A DNA stretch of 64,000 nucleotides from Pseudomonas phage HPP-Temi, in sequence record PP968062.1; one strand, written 5' to 3'. The notes under the pieces were generated by a model. It ran no database searches and was not told the DNA's origin. It saw only the letters and a list, made by a program, of their open reading frames with translations. The position numbers and the translations under genes were made by a program. This document shows, piece after piece, positions 9,750-18,990 of this stretch (positions are counted from its first letter, which is position 1; the number at the start of each line of letters is the position of its first letter).

Positions 9750-11510
9750 TTAGGCTTTCTCGCCTTCGATTACATCGCCGTGTTCAGCTTTCAGCATAGC
9801 TTCGAGGATAGCGATCTCGGACTTAACCAGGTTCAGGCAGTAGCCAGTGAACAGATGGTTAGCGTTAGCAGTTTGACGAGCCAGGGTAATGGCAAGCAGA
9901 CTGGAGATAGCGGAGTTATCGTCGCCCGCCAGTATTGCACCGAACAGGAAGCTCGAACCTTTAGAGTTGACGTTCTGAGCCAGTTCGTTCAGTTTGCTAC
10001 GACCTTCAACAGCTGCTTCGATTTTGTTCAGCAGTTGTTCAGTTGCACGGATAACCGATACGGCTTCACCAGCAGACATGGTCTTAACGGATTCAGCACC
10101 ACCATAGCTATCACCACCCGGAATAACCGAGAAGTTGATGTTCACAGCGTTGTTGAAGTTGAACGACTTGTCGTTGTTGTAATCAGTGTTGACACCAACG
10201 AACATTGCGCGGTTACCCGGCAGGATATCGGACATATGTACAGAGGTGCTGTTCAGCATACCGCTCGGTACTTTACCTTTATCACTGGAGTTAACGTTCT
10301 TAAAACCACGGAAGGACTGAGCCAGGATGTCATCGATAGCGTCCAGCATTTCAGCAGCCAGACCAGCTTTAGCACCGAAGTAGTAGCCAGCTTTGCTGTC
10401 GAACTTCTTCAGGATCTCAGAAAGCTTGCTAGGCCAGTTGATCAGAACGATATCGGCAGCATGCTCTACTTTCTTGATAGCTTCAGGGCTATCACCGACG
10501 AATTCTTTACCGATGGACAGACGTTGCAGGCCACCGATCTTGATTTCCTTACCACCATCGAGGACACCGACTTTGCTACGCAGCGAACGCAGGCGTTCTT
10601 TCAGTTTGGTAGCGTCTTGAGTGAAGGAGCGCCAGAAGTCCATCAGAGCATTGAAGATACGCATCAGAACGTTACGAGCAGCTTCCAACAGAGATTTCAT
10701 CTTAGCGGACAGTTTGCTTTCGGTGGCGTCGCGAGCAGAAGTATGCTTATCGCTGTCATCAAGTTCTTCAACCGATACTACAGTTTCACTGAAGAAGTCT
10801 TTGTCGATTTGCTCAAGACCAATACGCATGGTCTCAGCTAGTTCGCTGGTAACTTCGTAGCCGTTCTCGCGCATACCGCGGAGAACACCCAGATAACGCT
10901 CAACAGAAGCCTTGGCGTTTTCGATGTCATCCATGTCGGCGGCGATTTCGTTTACGATAGCGCCCTTGGCATCGGTAGCAGAGGTCAACCCATCGGCGGT
11001 CAGAGCTTCAACAGCTTCGTCGATGTCCTGAACCATATCGTCAGCTTCGCCAACGGATTCGGTTTCACCGGATTCGATGGTATCCAGACCTTCATTGTGC
11101 TCTTCTACAGAAGTAGTAGTAGCAACGTTACCGTCATTAGCAGATACTTCGTCGGGAGAGCCAGCTACATCGCCCAGGCCAGTTTGGTCTACGGCAGTAA
11201 CGTGGTTCTCTACTGTGTCAGAAGCTTGAACACTGGTAACGTCTACAGTCTGAGCAGTACCATCGCCACCACCTTCGGTCGGGCCAGGTTCAGTAGTCTG
11301 AGTGTTGGTTACGGAAGCATCAACTTCATCAGCATCCGGCTTTTCACCTTCATCGCCTTTCAGTTGAGGTTCGAGATCATTTTTGCCTTCCAGATCAACA
11401 TTCTGATCTTGGGCATTGGTGACGGTACCGGTTGCTTTATTCTCGACTTCCTCGGTGATGGATTCGTTCGAGATGCTACGGCACAGATCAAAAAGGTTAG
11501 CGCGAGCCAT
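9750..11510 (-). CDS. hypothetical virion-associated protein with acidic N-terminal region, paralog of 8554..9738
   Basis: ORF track start 11525 is a TTG; ATG at 11510 (MARANLF) has a GGAG RBS; ~120 aa acidic/low-complexity N-terminus, then paralogous core. Confidence 0.6.
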   Translation of the reverse strand: MARANLFDLCRSISNESITEEVENKATGTVTNAQDQNVDLEGKNDLEPQLKGDEGEKPDADEVDASVTNTQTTEPGPTEGGGDGTAQTVDVTSVQASDTVENHVTAVDQTGLGDVAGSPDEVSANDGNVATTTSVEEHNEGLDTIESGETESVGEADDMVQDIDEAVEALTADGLTSATDAKGAIVNEIAADMDDIENAKASVERYLGVLRGMRENGYEVTSELAETMRIGLEQIDKDFFSETVVSVEELDDSDKHTSARDATESKLSAKMKSLLEAARNVLMRIFNALMDFWRSFTQDATKLKERLRSLRSKVGVLDGGKEIKIGGLQRLSIGKEFVGDSPEAIKKVEHAADIVLINWPSKLSEILKKFDSKAGYYFGAKAGLAAEMLDAIDDILAQSFRGFKNVNSSDKGKVPSGMLNSTSVHMSDILPGNRAMFVGVNTDYNNDKSFNFNNAVNINFSVIPGGDSYGGAESVKTMSAGEAVSVIRATEQLLNKIEAAVEGRSKLNELAQNVNSKGSSFLFGAILAGDDNSAISSLLAITLARQTANANHLFTGYCLNLVKSEIAILEAMLKAEHGDVIEGEKA

Positions 11511-11563
11511 TTGTATACTCCACAATTGCGGGGGATTTCGTGAGTTTAAACTACATAAGGTTG

Positions 11564-12193
11564 TTAAGGCAGCAGATTATTATCTCTGATGATTTGCTCA
11601 AGGATAAGGTTCCGTTGCTTCAGTAGTGCGTTGGCATTTTCAAGCTCTACGACACGAGCATAATCGGTCGTACGATTCTTAATCTTACCTTGGCGTGCTG
11701 CTTCACGAGTCTCATGGACTGCTGGAGTAACAGCGTCTGACAAAGGCATAATGCCGAAGTGAATTTGCGGGTTTACGCCAATAACATCGCTAACTGCGTT
11801 TGCGGCAGCAGTTGCGGCTGTATCAAGAATAACGTCGTCTGGTAATGCACCGAGAGACAAAGTCATGATAACTTGGTTATAAGGCTTCGAGCTCAGATCC
11901 GGATAAGACTTGATATAACTCGATGGAACGTAAACCGGAGGATATTTCGGGGACAGCAGTGTTACGATTACATGACCTTGCTGTCGATCTGTTGCTACGC
12001 GAGCCTCATCAATTTTCCAAGGCTTATAATAAAGATCATAAACACTACGACCATTATTTTCTACGTCTTCGAAGTAACGGATAGCACCGCACTCGTAAAG
12101 TTCAGCTTTCTCAAGAACGTTATTAAACGGAGGAAGCAGAACGTATAGCCCCTTAGTACCAATAGGTGGGACCATCATGTTGTTAGTGGCCAT
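11564..12193 (-). CDS. hypothetical protein (probable virion/baseplate module)
   Basis: 209-aa ORF in co-directional structural block. Confidence 0.55.
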   Translation of the reverse strand: MATNNMMVPPIGTKGLYVLLPPFNNVLEKAELYECGAIRYFEDVENNGRSVYDLYYKPWKIDEARVATDRQQGHVIVTLLSPKYPPVYVPSSYIKSYPDLSSKPYNQVIMTLSLGALPDDVILDTAATAAANAVSDVIGVNPQIHFGIMPLSDAVTPAVHETREAARQGKIKNRTTDYARVVELENANALLKQRNLILEQIIRDNNLLP

Positions 12194-12242
12194 GCATCAT
12201 ACTCACTATTGAATTGTCATGTAATTGGCAATGAAAGTAAAG

Positions 12243-12266
12243 AGTGGCTTGAATTACCAAGCCACT
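12243..12266. terminator. stem-loop AGTGGCTTG-AATTAC-CAAGCCACT followed by TCTTTT
   Basis: perfect 9-bp inverted repeat in the 77-nt gap between 11564..12193 and 12271..12729; not of the CATAAAG family. Confidence 0.35.
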
Positions 12267-12270
12267 TCTT

Positions 12271-12729
12271 TTAATACTGACGGTAAATCAATTCAGACAA
12301 CTGCCAGTAATATTTATTACTCCACTTATCAGTGAACAGTGTTACGCGGATAGCTTCACCACTATCAAAATAGTAGTAACCGTTTTGATCCATATACGGA
12401 TATGCTGAACGTAGTCGTTCCAAACTACCACTTGGAGTTTCAAATAGAACAGCACCACCTTGCAATTGCATACCAGTTGGCATGACGATATCACAAGCTG
12501 TTCCAGGAACATAGTTCGCATTGTATTTCAGAACCAAACCTACTCCGTAATCAGCCTGATATCCTTCAGGTTCACTAAGAACGATAATCGTGTTATGATA
12601 CTTAGCGATATCGAGCTTAACTACGTGATAAGTAGATCCGTCATGGTTAGCTTTGTCGGGATAACTCTTCACTACAAGTTGATTAGGAGCTTCGACAAAG
12701 TTCCAACATTCTGTTGGGTTAACAGCCAT
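12271..12729 (-). CDS. hypothetical protein
   Basis: 152-aa ORF. Confidence 0.55.
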   Translation of the reverse strand: MAVNPTECWNFVEAPNQLVVKSYPDKANHDGSTYHVVKLDIAKYHNTIIVLSEPEGYQADYGVGLVLKYNANYVPGTACDIVMPTGMQLQGGAVLFETPSGSLERLRSAYPYMDQNGYYYFDSGEAIRVTLFTDKWSNKYYWQLSELIYRQY

Positions 12730-12736
12730 AGGTCAC

Positions 12737-13159
12737 CTACATGTTACTGTATTCGAAATATGGACCACGTATGATCCAACGAATAACAGGGTTATCGTCT
12801 TCATCTTTCCATACAACTCGAAGAATCTCTACCCCTTGTCCAGGAAGGAAGCCTAATTGGACACCATTACGTTTACCAAGCCAACGTTCAGGTACGTTAA
12901 AGAGAATAGAGCGTTCGGTTCGGTTAAAAACCTTAAAACGAACACGTTGAGTATCAGGCATATCGGGTAGATCTAGATAGAAGAAGAAGCTGTCACCACG
13001 ATTACCGTTTGCTGCGTCTTTGCCATTGAACGTACCACCAGTCAGAATAAGAGTACTATCTAGAATCTCTTTATTCGTGCTAACGATTTCACCACCAGGA
13101 CCATCACGCGAAATATCGAGTGTAATGATAGCTGGCCAGCTTACACACATATCAGCCAT
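12737..13159 (-). CDS. hypothetical protein
   Basis: 140-aa ORF. Confidence 0.55.
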   Translation of the reverse strand: MADMCVSWPAIITLDISRDGPGGEIVSTNKEILDSTLILTGGTFNGKDAANGNRGDSFFFYLDLPDMPDTQRVRFKVFNRTERSILFNVPERWLGKRNGVQLGFLPGQGVEILRVVWKDEDDNPVIRWIIRGPYFEYSNM

Positions 13160-13169
13160 TTTAAGCTCC

Positions 13170-14744
13170 TTACACTAGAGTCTCGTATGTACGACCCTGC
13201 CCGCCGTTGTACAGCCAAGCAATCTCTTCAGGTTCCAATGCGCGCCAGCAAAGACCAACTTCATCCGCTGCTCCATTATAGGAAGTGTTACTGAAGATCT
13301 CACCGAATTGCAGTCCGTTATAAGAAGCACTACTTGGAGTAGTAATCTCACGACGGATCATAGGGCCGCCATTGAGAGAGATCTCAAGGTAACGATCTTT
13401 AACTTGGAGTACCAGGAACTGCCATTGCCCATTACCCATACCTTGACCACCAGTAGACACAGTTGTCTCAGCGTCGTTAGCATTTCGGGTAAAGCCGCGC
13501 CATCCATTCGCTGCTTGATACGACAGTCCAAACTTACAACCGTAGTACTGGCCGAACTTACCGAGAGTAAGAACGTATTCTTGTGCAACAGAAGGAGCGT
13601 TGACTTTGAACCAGCCGAACATAGAGATACCACTATTATAACTACCGAAGCTACCTTCGGCGCCAGAAGCTTTAATAATGTTCAGAGCTTTACCGACTTT
13701 ACCGTCAATGGTGTTATCGGAGTTCAAGCCAAAGTTCATACCACCGTGAGAGTCGATAGCGATACCTTCCATAGCGTACCAACTAATCAGGTTATCCTTG
13801 ATCTCACTACCAATGGTCTTACCCTGTATCAAATCACCAGAGATAGCCCATTCCCACTTACTGGTTGCGGTATCCCAACGGATTGCAGTACCACGAACTG
13901 TACCACCTTGTTTAATGGCGATAACGCTCCAATCGGGGAGGTAGTATGTATTACGAGATAAAGCTTCAGGATCGAACGGTAGGTCATGACCAGAGTTATT
14001 CACAATAATCCATTCATGTCCCGGTACTAATACTTCAGAATCATTCTCGTGATATGCTGGCCAGTTCAAAGAAGGAATCTTTTGACCTTCAGGGATAGGC
14101 TCTAGTACATAGACTCGATTACCGTTCTGTTGCACCGTGAAAGAAACATACGAACCTGGGTTACCAAACTGACCGGGAATATAGTTGGAGATGTTACCTT
14201 CGAAGATATGTTCATAGAACTTATCACCGGGTTCTGGATCTGGTCCAGGGGTATTACCGCCAGAGTGAAGCCATAGTACCAATTCACCCGTGAAATAGAT
14301 GGAGTTGTAGACAGACTTCAATAGCCAGTTAGGTCCGACCTTACCACCGGTATAATCGATAGAGGCTTCGGCAGTCCAAGCATCGGTCTTAGTCAAGTTC
14401 AACTTAGACTTCTTGGCTACTTCATTCAGTACAGCTACGGAGGTTTTCATCCCTTGAACTTTCGTTACTTCTTCAGCAGTCCAGTAAGGATTTTTAATGT
14501 AATCGTTGATATTGAACCGATCATAATAGAAATCATAGATCGTATCGTACGACGTACCTTTCTGAATGAAGACCACAGACTGGTTGGGACGTTCTTGCGT
14601 AGCGGCCGGTTGTACGCGCAACACACGTGAGTTACTCTGAGTTAGACCCAGACTAGCGTATCGAGCGTTAATCGCTTTATAAAGCCCAACAAGGGGGTTA
14701 GCCCCTAACGGGTTGTCCGCCAGAGAAATAGAAATTTGACGCAT
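13170..14744 (-). CDS. putative tail fibre / receptor-binding protein with C-terminal concanavalin-A/LamG-like lectin fold
   Basis: 524 aa; C-terminal third is Gly/aromatic-rich, resembling LamG/ConA-like jelly-roll domains; domain call is tentative. Confidence 0.45.
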   Translation of the reverse strand: MRQISISLADNPLGANPLVGLYKAINARYASLGLTQSNSRVLRVQPAATQERPNQSVVFIQKGTSYDTIYDFYYDRFNINDYIKNPYWTAEEVTKVQGMKTSVAVLNEVAKKSKLNLTKTDAWTAEASIDYTGGKVGPNWLLKSVYNSIYFTGELVLWLHSGGNTPGPDPEPGDKFYEHIFEGNISNYIPGQFGNPGSYVSFTVQQNGNRVYVLEPIPEGQKIPSLNWPAYHENDSEVLVPGHEWIIVNNSGHDLPFDPEALSRNTYYLPDWSVIAIKQGGTVRGTAIRWDTATSKWEWAISGDLIQGKTIGSEIKDNLISWYAMEGIAIDSHGGMNFGLNSDNTIDGKVGKALNIIKASGAEGSFGSYNSGISMFGWFKVNAPSVAQEYVLTLGKFGQYYGCKFGLSYQAANGWRGFTRNANDAETTVSTGGQGMGNGQWQFLVLQVKDRYLEISLNGGPMIRREITTPSSASYNGLQFGEIFSNTSYNGAADEVGLCWRALEPEEIAWLYNGGQGRTYETLV

Positions 14745-14756
14745 GTGTATCCCCTA

Positions 14757-14789
14757 AATAAAAAGAGAGGGTTTCCCCTCTCTTTTATG
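14757..14789. terminator. palindromic stem-loop AAAAGAGAGGG-TTTC-CCCTCTCTTTTATG
   Basis: between co-directional genes; ends with TTTATGTCGTTA like other family members. Confidence 0.55.
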
Positions 14790-14792
14790 TCG

Positions 14793-16100
14793 TTAGGACA
14801 GTTCTTCTACGCTGGACTTAGCCACGACCATGTAGTTGACGTTCTTGAAGTAAGCGCTTGCATAGATCACGTTATCACGGATCATACGAGATACACCTTG
14901 AGGAACGGAACTATAACGAGTCATCCCTTCAGCTGCTTTTAACAGCTTCGAGAACAGCATCATCCATTCAATCGTTTCAGGCGAAGATTTGTTGATATCA
15001 CCAGTGTCATTAGTTACCAGTTGATAGTCTTTAAACTTCTGCGAGAATTGAGTGATGCCATTACGGTTCTGCGGGTTACCCAGCACAGAGAATGCAATGG
15101 ACTTGTAGGTGTTCGAAGAGAGTTCGAACTTGTTGTCTACGTAGGTCTGAGTATAACCAGGACCACGTGCAGTGCGACGGATCAGGGGCAGACGCTTGCG
15201 ATGGTCAACAGTAGGACTGTAAGTACCAGCACGATAGTCAGCTTGTTCGATGGAATACTGGTTCCAGAACGGAGTAAAGATGAACTCGGTCGTCATGAAC
15301 AGGTCAGGAAGAATAACTTCCCAGTCAGTCCGAGGATGAGTAGAGTCTTTCAGGAGTTCTTCAACGATCTTGTCCTTAATAAGGTCAGGGTTGTTACCTG
15401 CCTCACCATAGACGATCGCAATCCAGTAAGCCGGGAAACGCATGCTGTCATCACGAGGGTTGTGATATTCGAACATGAATGCCCGTTGATGGGTGTACGG
15501 ATACTGGGCACGCTTGGCTTGTACTTCCTCAATCTTTTCGACGAGGTCGTAATCAGCTAGCAACTGCTTAACGATAAGAGGGTCTTTGAAGAAGTCATCA
15601 AACGGAACGATCGGGTGAACGATCTCGATTACGTATTCATCGTACTGTGCTGCAAACGATTCGTCTGCAAGCCAAATGTTCATCTGGTTAGCTTCAGTGC
15701 CTACCAGTACGAACTCAACCCACTCGGGCATCCAGATACTACCGTTAGAGATCATTTGACCGCTACGGAAAGTCTTGATGACACCGTTGAATTCTGCCAT
15801 TACCAGCTGACGCAGTACGTTCGGATCAGAACCGATTGTACCAGCGATAGACTGCTGATAAATATATTCCCCAAGCTTCAGAACTTGATCTTTATTGTTA
15901 CCGGCAACATCAACGACGTTTCCATCCTTTACGCTATGAAAAGAAACAAAAACAACGTTTGGTGCGGACGTACCGGTGTGGAAAGTCTTGTCCTTTGCAT
16001 AGGTTGCGCTGTTCGACGAAAGTTCGCCGAGCTTCGCTACAGTTTCTGGGGCATTCGAAATGAGTGCAGGGAAACTATAAAAGCCTTTCAAATTGTACAT
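14793..16100 (-). CDS. hypothetical virion structural protein
   Basis: 435-aa ORF, last gene of the minus-strand structural block before the divergent region. Confidence 0.6.
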   Translation of the reverse strand: MYNLKGFYSFPALISNAPETVAKLGELSSNSATYAKDKTFHTGTSAPNVVFVSFHSVKDGNVVDVAGNNKDQVLKLGEYIYQQSIAGTIGSDPNVLRQLVMAEFNGVIKTFRSGQMISNGSIWMPEWVEFVLVGTEANQMNIWLADESFAAQYDEYVIEIVHPIVPFDDFFKDPLIVKQLLADYDLVEKIEEVQAKRAQYPYTHQRAFMFEYHNPRDDSMRFPAYWIAIVYGEAGNNPDLIKDKIVEELLKDSTHPRTDWEVILPDLFMTTEFIFTPFWNQYSIEQADYRAGTYSPTVDHRKRLPLIRRTARGPGYTQTYVDNKFELSSNTYKSIAFSVLGNPQNRNGITQFSQKFKDYQLVTNDTGDINKSSPETIEWMMLFSKLLKAAEGMTRYSSVPQGVSRMIRDNVIYASAYFKNVNYMVVAKSSVEELS

Positions 16101-16289
16101 GTGCTATCCTCATGAGCGAGAGATCGATGGTCTTCCATCTATAAAATCAGTCACTCCGCTTGTGCTTAATTAAAACGTCGGGTATACTAATGCTTTTACA
16201 CGGTTAGTATATTGTCTTCAATGTCTATTGATCTCAGCCATCCACGGCTTTTATGGGTAGGCGCAATGTCTAACTGAACAGAGGATATC
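16101..16289. promoter_or_regulatory. 189-bp AT-rich divergent intergenic region (candidate promoters for both flanking blocks)
   Basis: longest non-coding gap in the first half; separates divergent 14793..16100(-) and 16290..(+); contains TATACT / TATATTGT elements. Confidence 0.3.
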
Positions 16290-16577
16290 ATGCTCAGTTT
16301 AACTGCAAAAGCCTTGCTCCTGTTGTGGCCCTTCCTTAAGCGCGCGATCTTCGGTGACCGCACTGTTCGGGAAGTGATGCTGGAAAACAAGCACGTTACG
16401 TTTATGTTTGCGATGGTACTGGTATTGGCCATGTCGCTCATGTTAACTATCGGCGAGTTGAATGATGTTAAGTCAGAGAACTGGAAGTTGAAACAACGTC
16501 CTGAGTGTGTTTGCGAGGTCAACTCGATTGAGTCGCTTCAGGCTCGTCGTAAACTTCTTGGTGAAATTCTGAAATAA
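16290..16577 (+). CDS. small membrane protein (TM helix + C-terminal coiled-coil; i-spanin-like)
   Basis: 95 aa; GAGGA RBS; TM segment FMFAMVLVLAMSLMLTIG followed by charged helical tail. Confidence 0.45.
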   Translation: MLSLTAKALLLLWPFLKRAIFGDRTVREVMLENKHVTFMFAMVLVLAMSLMLTIGELNDVKSENWKLKQRPECVCEVNSIESLQARRKLLGEILK

Positions 16578-16603
16578 CCTTTAATGGGCTATAGGTGAAC
16601 CAC

Positions 16604-17014
16604 ATGTCTAAAAAATATTTGCTAGTACTTTGTTTGATTCTTTCTGGTTGCATGATTTATGCACCTAAGTACACCACACAGACTGTGGTTCAACAAGAGA
16701 CAACTTCCAGTTGGGAATATATCCAACCGCAAACTAAAACAATAACGGAAGTGAAAGAACGAGTTATACAAACACCAGTCACAGAACAAAAGCGTCCGTT
16801 AGCAAGCTGTGAACCGTTTGTACTCCCACGGACTGCGTCACTCCCGGAGAAACCGAACGAAGAAGAATTGGCGAGTGCGTCAACTTCAGAAGAAATCGAT
16901 CGGAGACTCTCGGAATACGTAGACGAACTTCGTCAGTACAATGTTGCCGAACGATCTAAAATTGAGCAAGCCCACCAAAAGTGGTTAGATCGCTGTCAAA
17001 GAAAACTCAACTGA
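16604..17014 (+). CDS. lipoprotein (signal peptide + lipobox LILSGC; o-spanin-like or exclusion lipoprotein)
   Basis: ATG 16604 with AGGTGA RBS (ORF track start 16595 is a GTG); MSKKYLLVLCLILSG-C lipobox; Pro-rich then helical C-terminus. Confidence 0.6.
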   Translation: MSKKYLLVLCLILSGCMIYAPKYTTQTVVQQETTSSWEYIQPQTKTITEVKERVIQTPVTEQKRPLASCEPFVLPRTASLPEKPNEEELASASTSEEIDRRLSEYVDELRQYNVAERSKIEQAHQKWLDRCQRKLN

Positions 17015-17056
17015 TTTATAATTTAGTTAAGAATCTGTTGACAGAGGTAAAAAACG

Positions 17057-18502
17057 ATGTGCGACGGTATAGTGCTTTACACCGATGGATCATTCCGTCA
17101 GGGTCTAGCAGGTTGGGGAGTCCATGGTTACACTTACACCAACGATCCGATGAAATCGAAAGCCGCTACTAAACAGCAGCCTACGGCATCGGGTTATCAG
17201 GATGTCGGTGCCGAGGATACATGTACAGTTATTGAATATATCGACTCCTTCGGTAAGGTGGTCGATAATCCGACGAATAACACTGCTGAGCTTAGTGCTG
17301 CGATTAACGGCTTTATGATTGCCGATGCTTCTAAGGCAAACAAGCTGACCATGTTAATGGACAGTGAGTATGTTCGTAAGGGGCTTGAATCTTATCTTCC
17401 TAAATGGATTAAAAACAATTGGGTGAAGGTAGACGGTAATCCAGTAGCCAACAAAGATCTATGGATTGCTCTGAACCAGCAAAAAATGGACTGGCTTAAG
17501 AACGGCCGTAAACTGGAACTCAAGTGGGTTAAAGGCCACTCGGGAGATATGGGTAATGAGAAAGCCGATGTCAACGCACTTCGCGGAGGCGGTGCTTCGG
17601 TTACACCAAAAACAGTTAAAGTTGAAGGCGCAGCCATCAACAAGCTGAAGAAAGTTCAGATGAATCCACTGATCATGGAATCTCGTCTGCTCTTTGGAAT
17701 CAACAGTGGGAAACCCTCGGATGGGACCTACTACATGTACAACCTCGGAAGTATGCACAATGCTGGCCATCGTCCGCGGGATACAGCCAAAGACAAATTG
17801 GCAAAAGCAGACCTGCTACTTGGGAGAAGGATTTCCGAAGCGACCTTTGGAGTCTATAAATCTCGGGAACCAGACGAGTATTTAGAGAATCTAATTGAGC
17901 TACATACGAAAGCATTTGGGACTGACCTCCCAGAACTCGGTATTCTCAATCTGGGTAATGCTTGTGGAGCGAAACAGCGTCAACAAATCGAAAGCTTGGG
18001 ACTTGATGCTCTCATGCGCTTCGATGATATCTTCGTTCTTGCAACGCCAGATATGGGTCTCATTAGTAGGACTCTCAACCCACCCCGTATGGCTAACGAT
18101 GCGGTAAGCATGTTTAACGTGCTGGAACGTCGTCTGGCGGAATACACGGCGGGAACGATAGGAGAGTCGGTTCACAAAATCGACATTACCGACCATCTGT
18201 ACGAAACTGTACAATCCGGTAAGAAGACGGTTACTCAACTCAAGAAGTCTATCACCCAAAATACTCCACACCTTGATATTCCGATCGAGTACAAGGGACA
18301 GAAGGTTGCTGTTCGATTAGCATTGACAATTGACATTCCTTCCCGTAACCAGCTCGCTCGGATAAGTTGTGAGGGCATCAAGGTGGAAGTACTGATTGTG
18401 GCGACTGGACCGTTAGCCTATTCATACTCGACTGTGTTTGTAACTGATGATGGTTCTGCCATCTATGAAGCACCTTACACACAGTTCATTCTGAAAAAAT
18501 AG
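17057..18502 (+). CDS. RNase HI-domain protein with ~300-aa uncharacterised C-terminal extension
   Basis: N-terminal 175 aa match E. coli RnhA catalytic motifs (LYTDGS, NNTAELSAAI, DSEYV, W-NNW, NKDLW, WVKGHSG-GNE-AD); strong GAGGTAAAAAACG-ATG RBS. Confidence 0.8.
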   Translation: MCDGIVLYTDGSFRQGLAGWGVHGYTYTNDPMKSKAATKQQPTASGYQDVGAEDTCTVIEYIDSFGKVVDNPTNNTAELSAAINGFMIADASKANKLTMLMDSEYVRKGLESYLPKWIKNNWVKVDGNPVANKDLWIALNQQKMDWLKNGRKLELKWVKGHSGDMGNEKADVNALRGGGASVTPKTVKVEGAAINKLKKVQMNPLIMESRLLFGINSGKPSDGTYYMYNLGSMHNAGHRPRDTAKDKLAKADLLLGRRISEATFGVYKSREPDEYLENLIELHTKAFGTDLPELGILNLGNACGAKQRQQIESLGLDALMRFDDIFVLATPDMGLISRTLNPPRMANDAVSMFNVLERRLAEYTAGTIGESVHKIDITDHLYETVQSGKKTVTQLKKSITQNTPHLDIPIEYKGQKVAVRLALTIDIPSRNQLARISCEGIKVEVLIVATGPLAYSYSTVFVTDDGSAIYEAPYTQFILKK

Positions 18503-18512
18503 TGGGTAACTC

Positions 18513-18923
18513 ATGAGCCTTATTAGCAGATTCTTGAGGCTGGAAGAAAACCCGTTCAAGTTGTTCTGGATGTATATCTGGAAACACTTGGATAACGGCT
18601 TCAAACGGATGTGCGTAATGGCGTCATTGCATGCCGCACTGGTGCAGTGTCGCGATCACGAATGCGAGCGGATATCTTCGCTTAATTCAGTGATGCGTCT
18701 TGTGAGGGATGAAAGCGCCTTACGCCTACCAACGTTATTTGGACCCTACGTTTGGAAAGGCATCCTCCCTATCGAGAAGGTTGATCTTGAATCTGACAAG
18801 TACTTCGAAAGGATCGCTCGAAAGACTCCCTGCTGGCTTCTTTATACAGACAAGGAAACTTTCGTAAATGAACTTAAGCAATTGGTACACCATTGCATGA
18901 AGGAACGACAGGCGACAGCTTAA
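18513..18923 (+). CDS. hypothetical protein
   Basis: 136-aa ORF followed immediately by a family hairpin. Confidence 0.5.
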   Translation: MSLISRFLRLEENPFKLFWMYIWKHLDNGFKRMCVMASLHAALVQCRDHECERISSLNSVMRLVRDESALRLPTLFGPYVWKGILPIEKVDLESDKYFERIARKTPCWLLYTDKETFVNELKQLVHHCMKERQATA

Positions 18924-18926
18924 CGG

Positions 18927-18958
18927 CATAAAGCCCCACCTACGGGTGGGGCAATATG
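18927..18958. terminator. palindromic stem-loop CATAAAGCCCCACC-TAC-GGGTGGGGCAATATG
   Basis: between convergent 18513..18923(+) and 18991..20004(-). Confidence 0.6.
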
Positions 18959-18990
18959 TTGTCTTAGGTAAAAGAATAGTGACAGCTTAA

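Noticed and set aside
9723-10841. 372-aa plus-strand ORF
   Set aside because: Antisense to the 591-aa paralog gene and spans its start plus the intergenic hairpin. No RBS.
17015-17056. TATAAT at 17019 and TTGACA at 17037 as a sigma70 promoter
   Set aside because: The hexamers are in the wrong order (-10 upstream of -35) for a sigma70 promoter on either strand, and phiKZ-like phages are reported not to rely on host RNAP. Left as part of the island-promoter question only.
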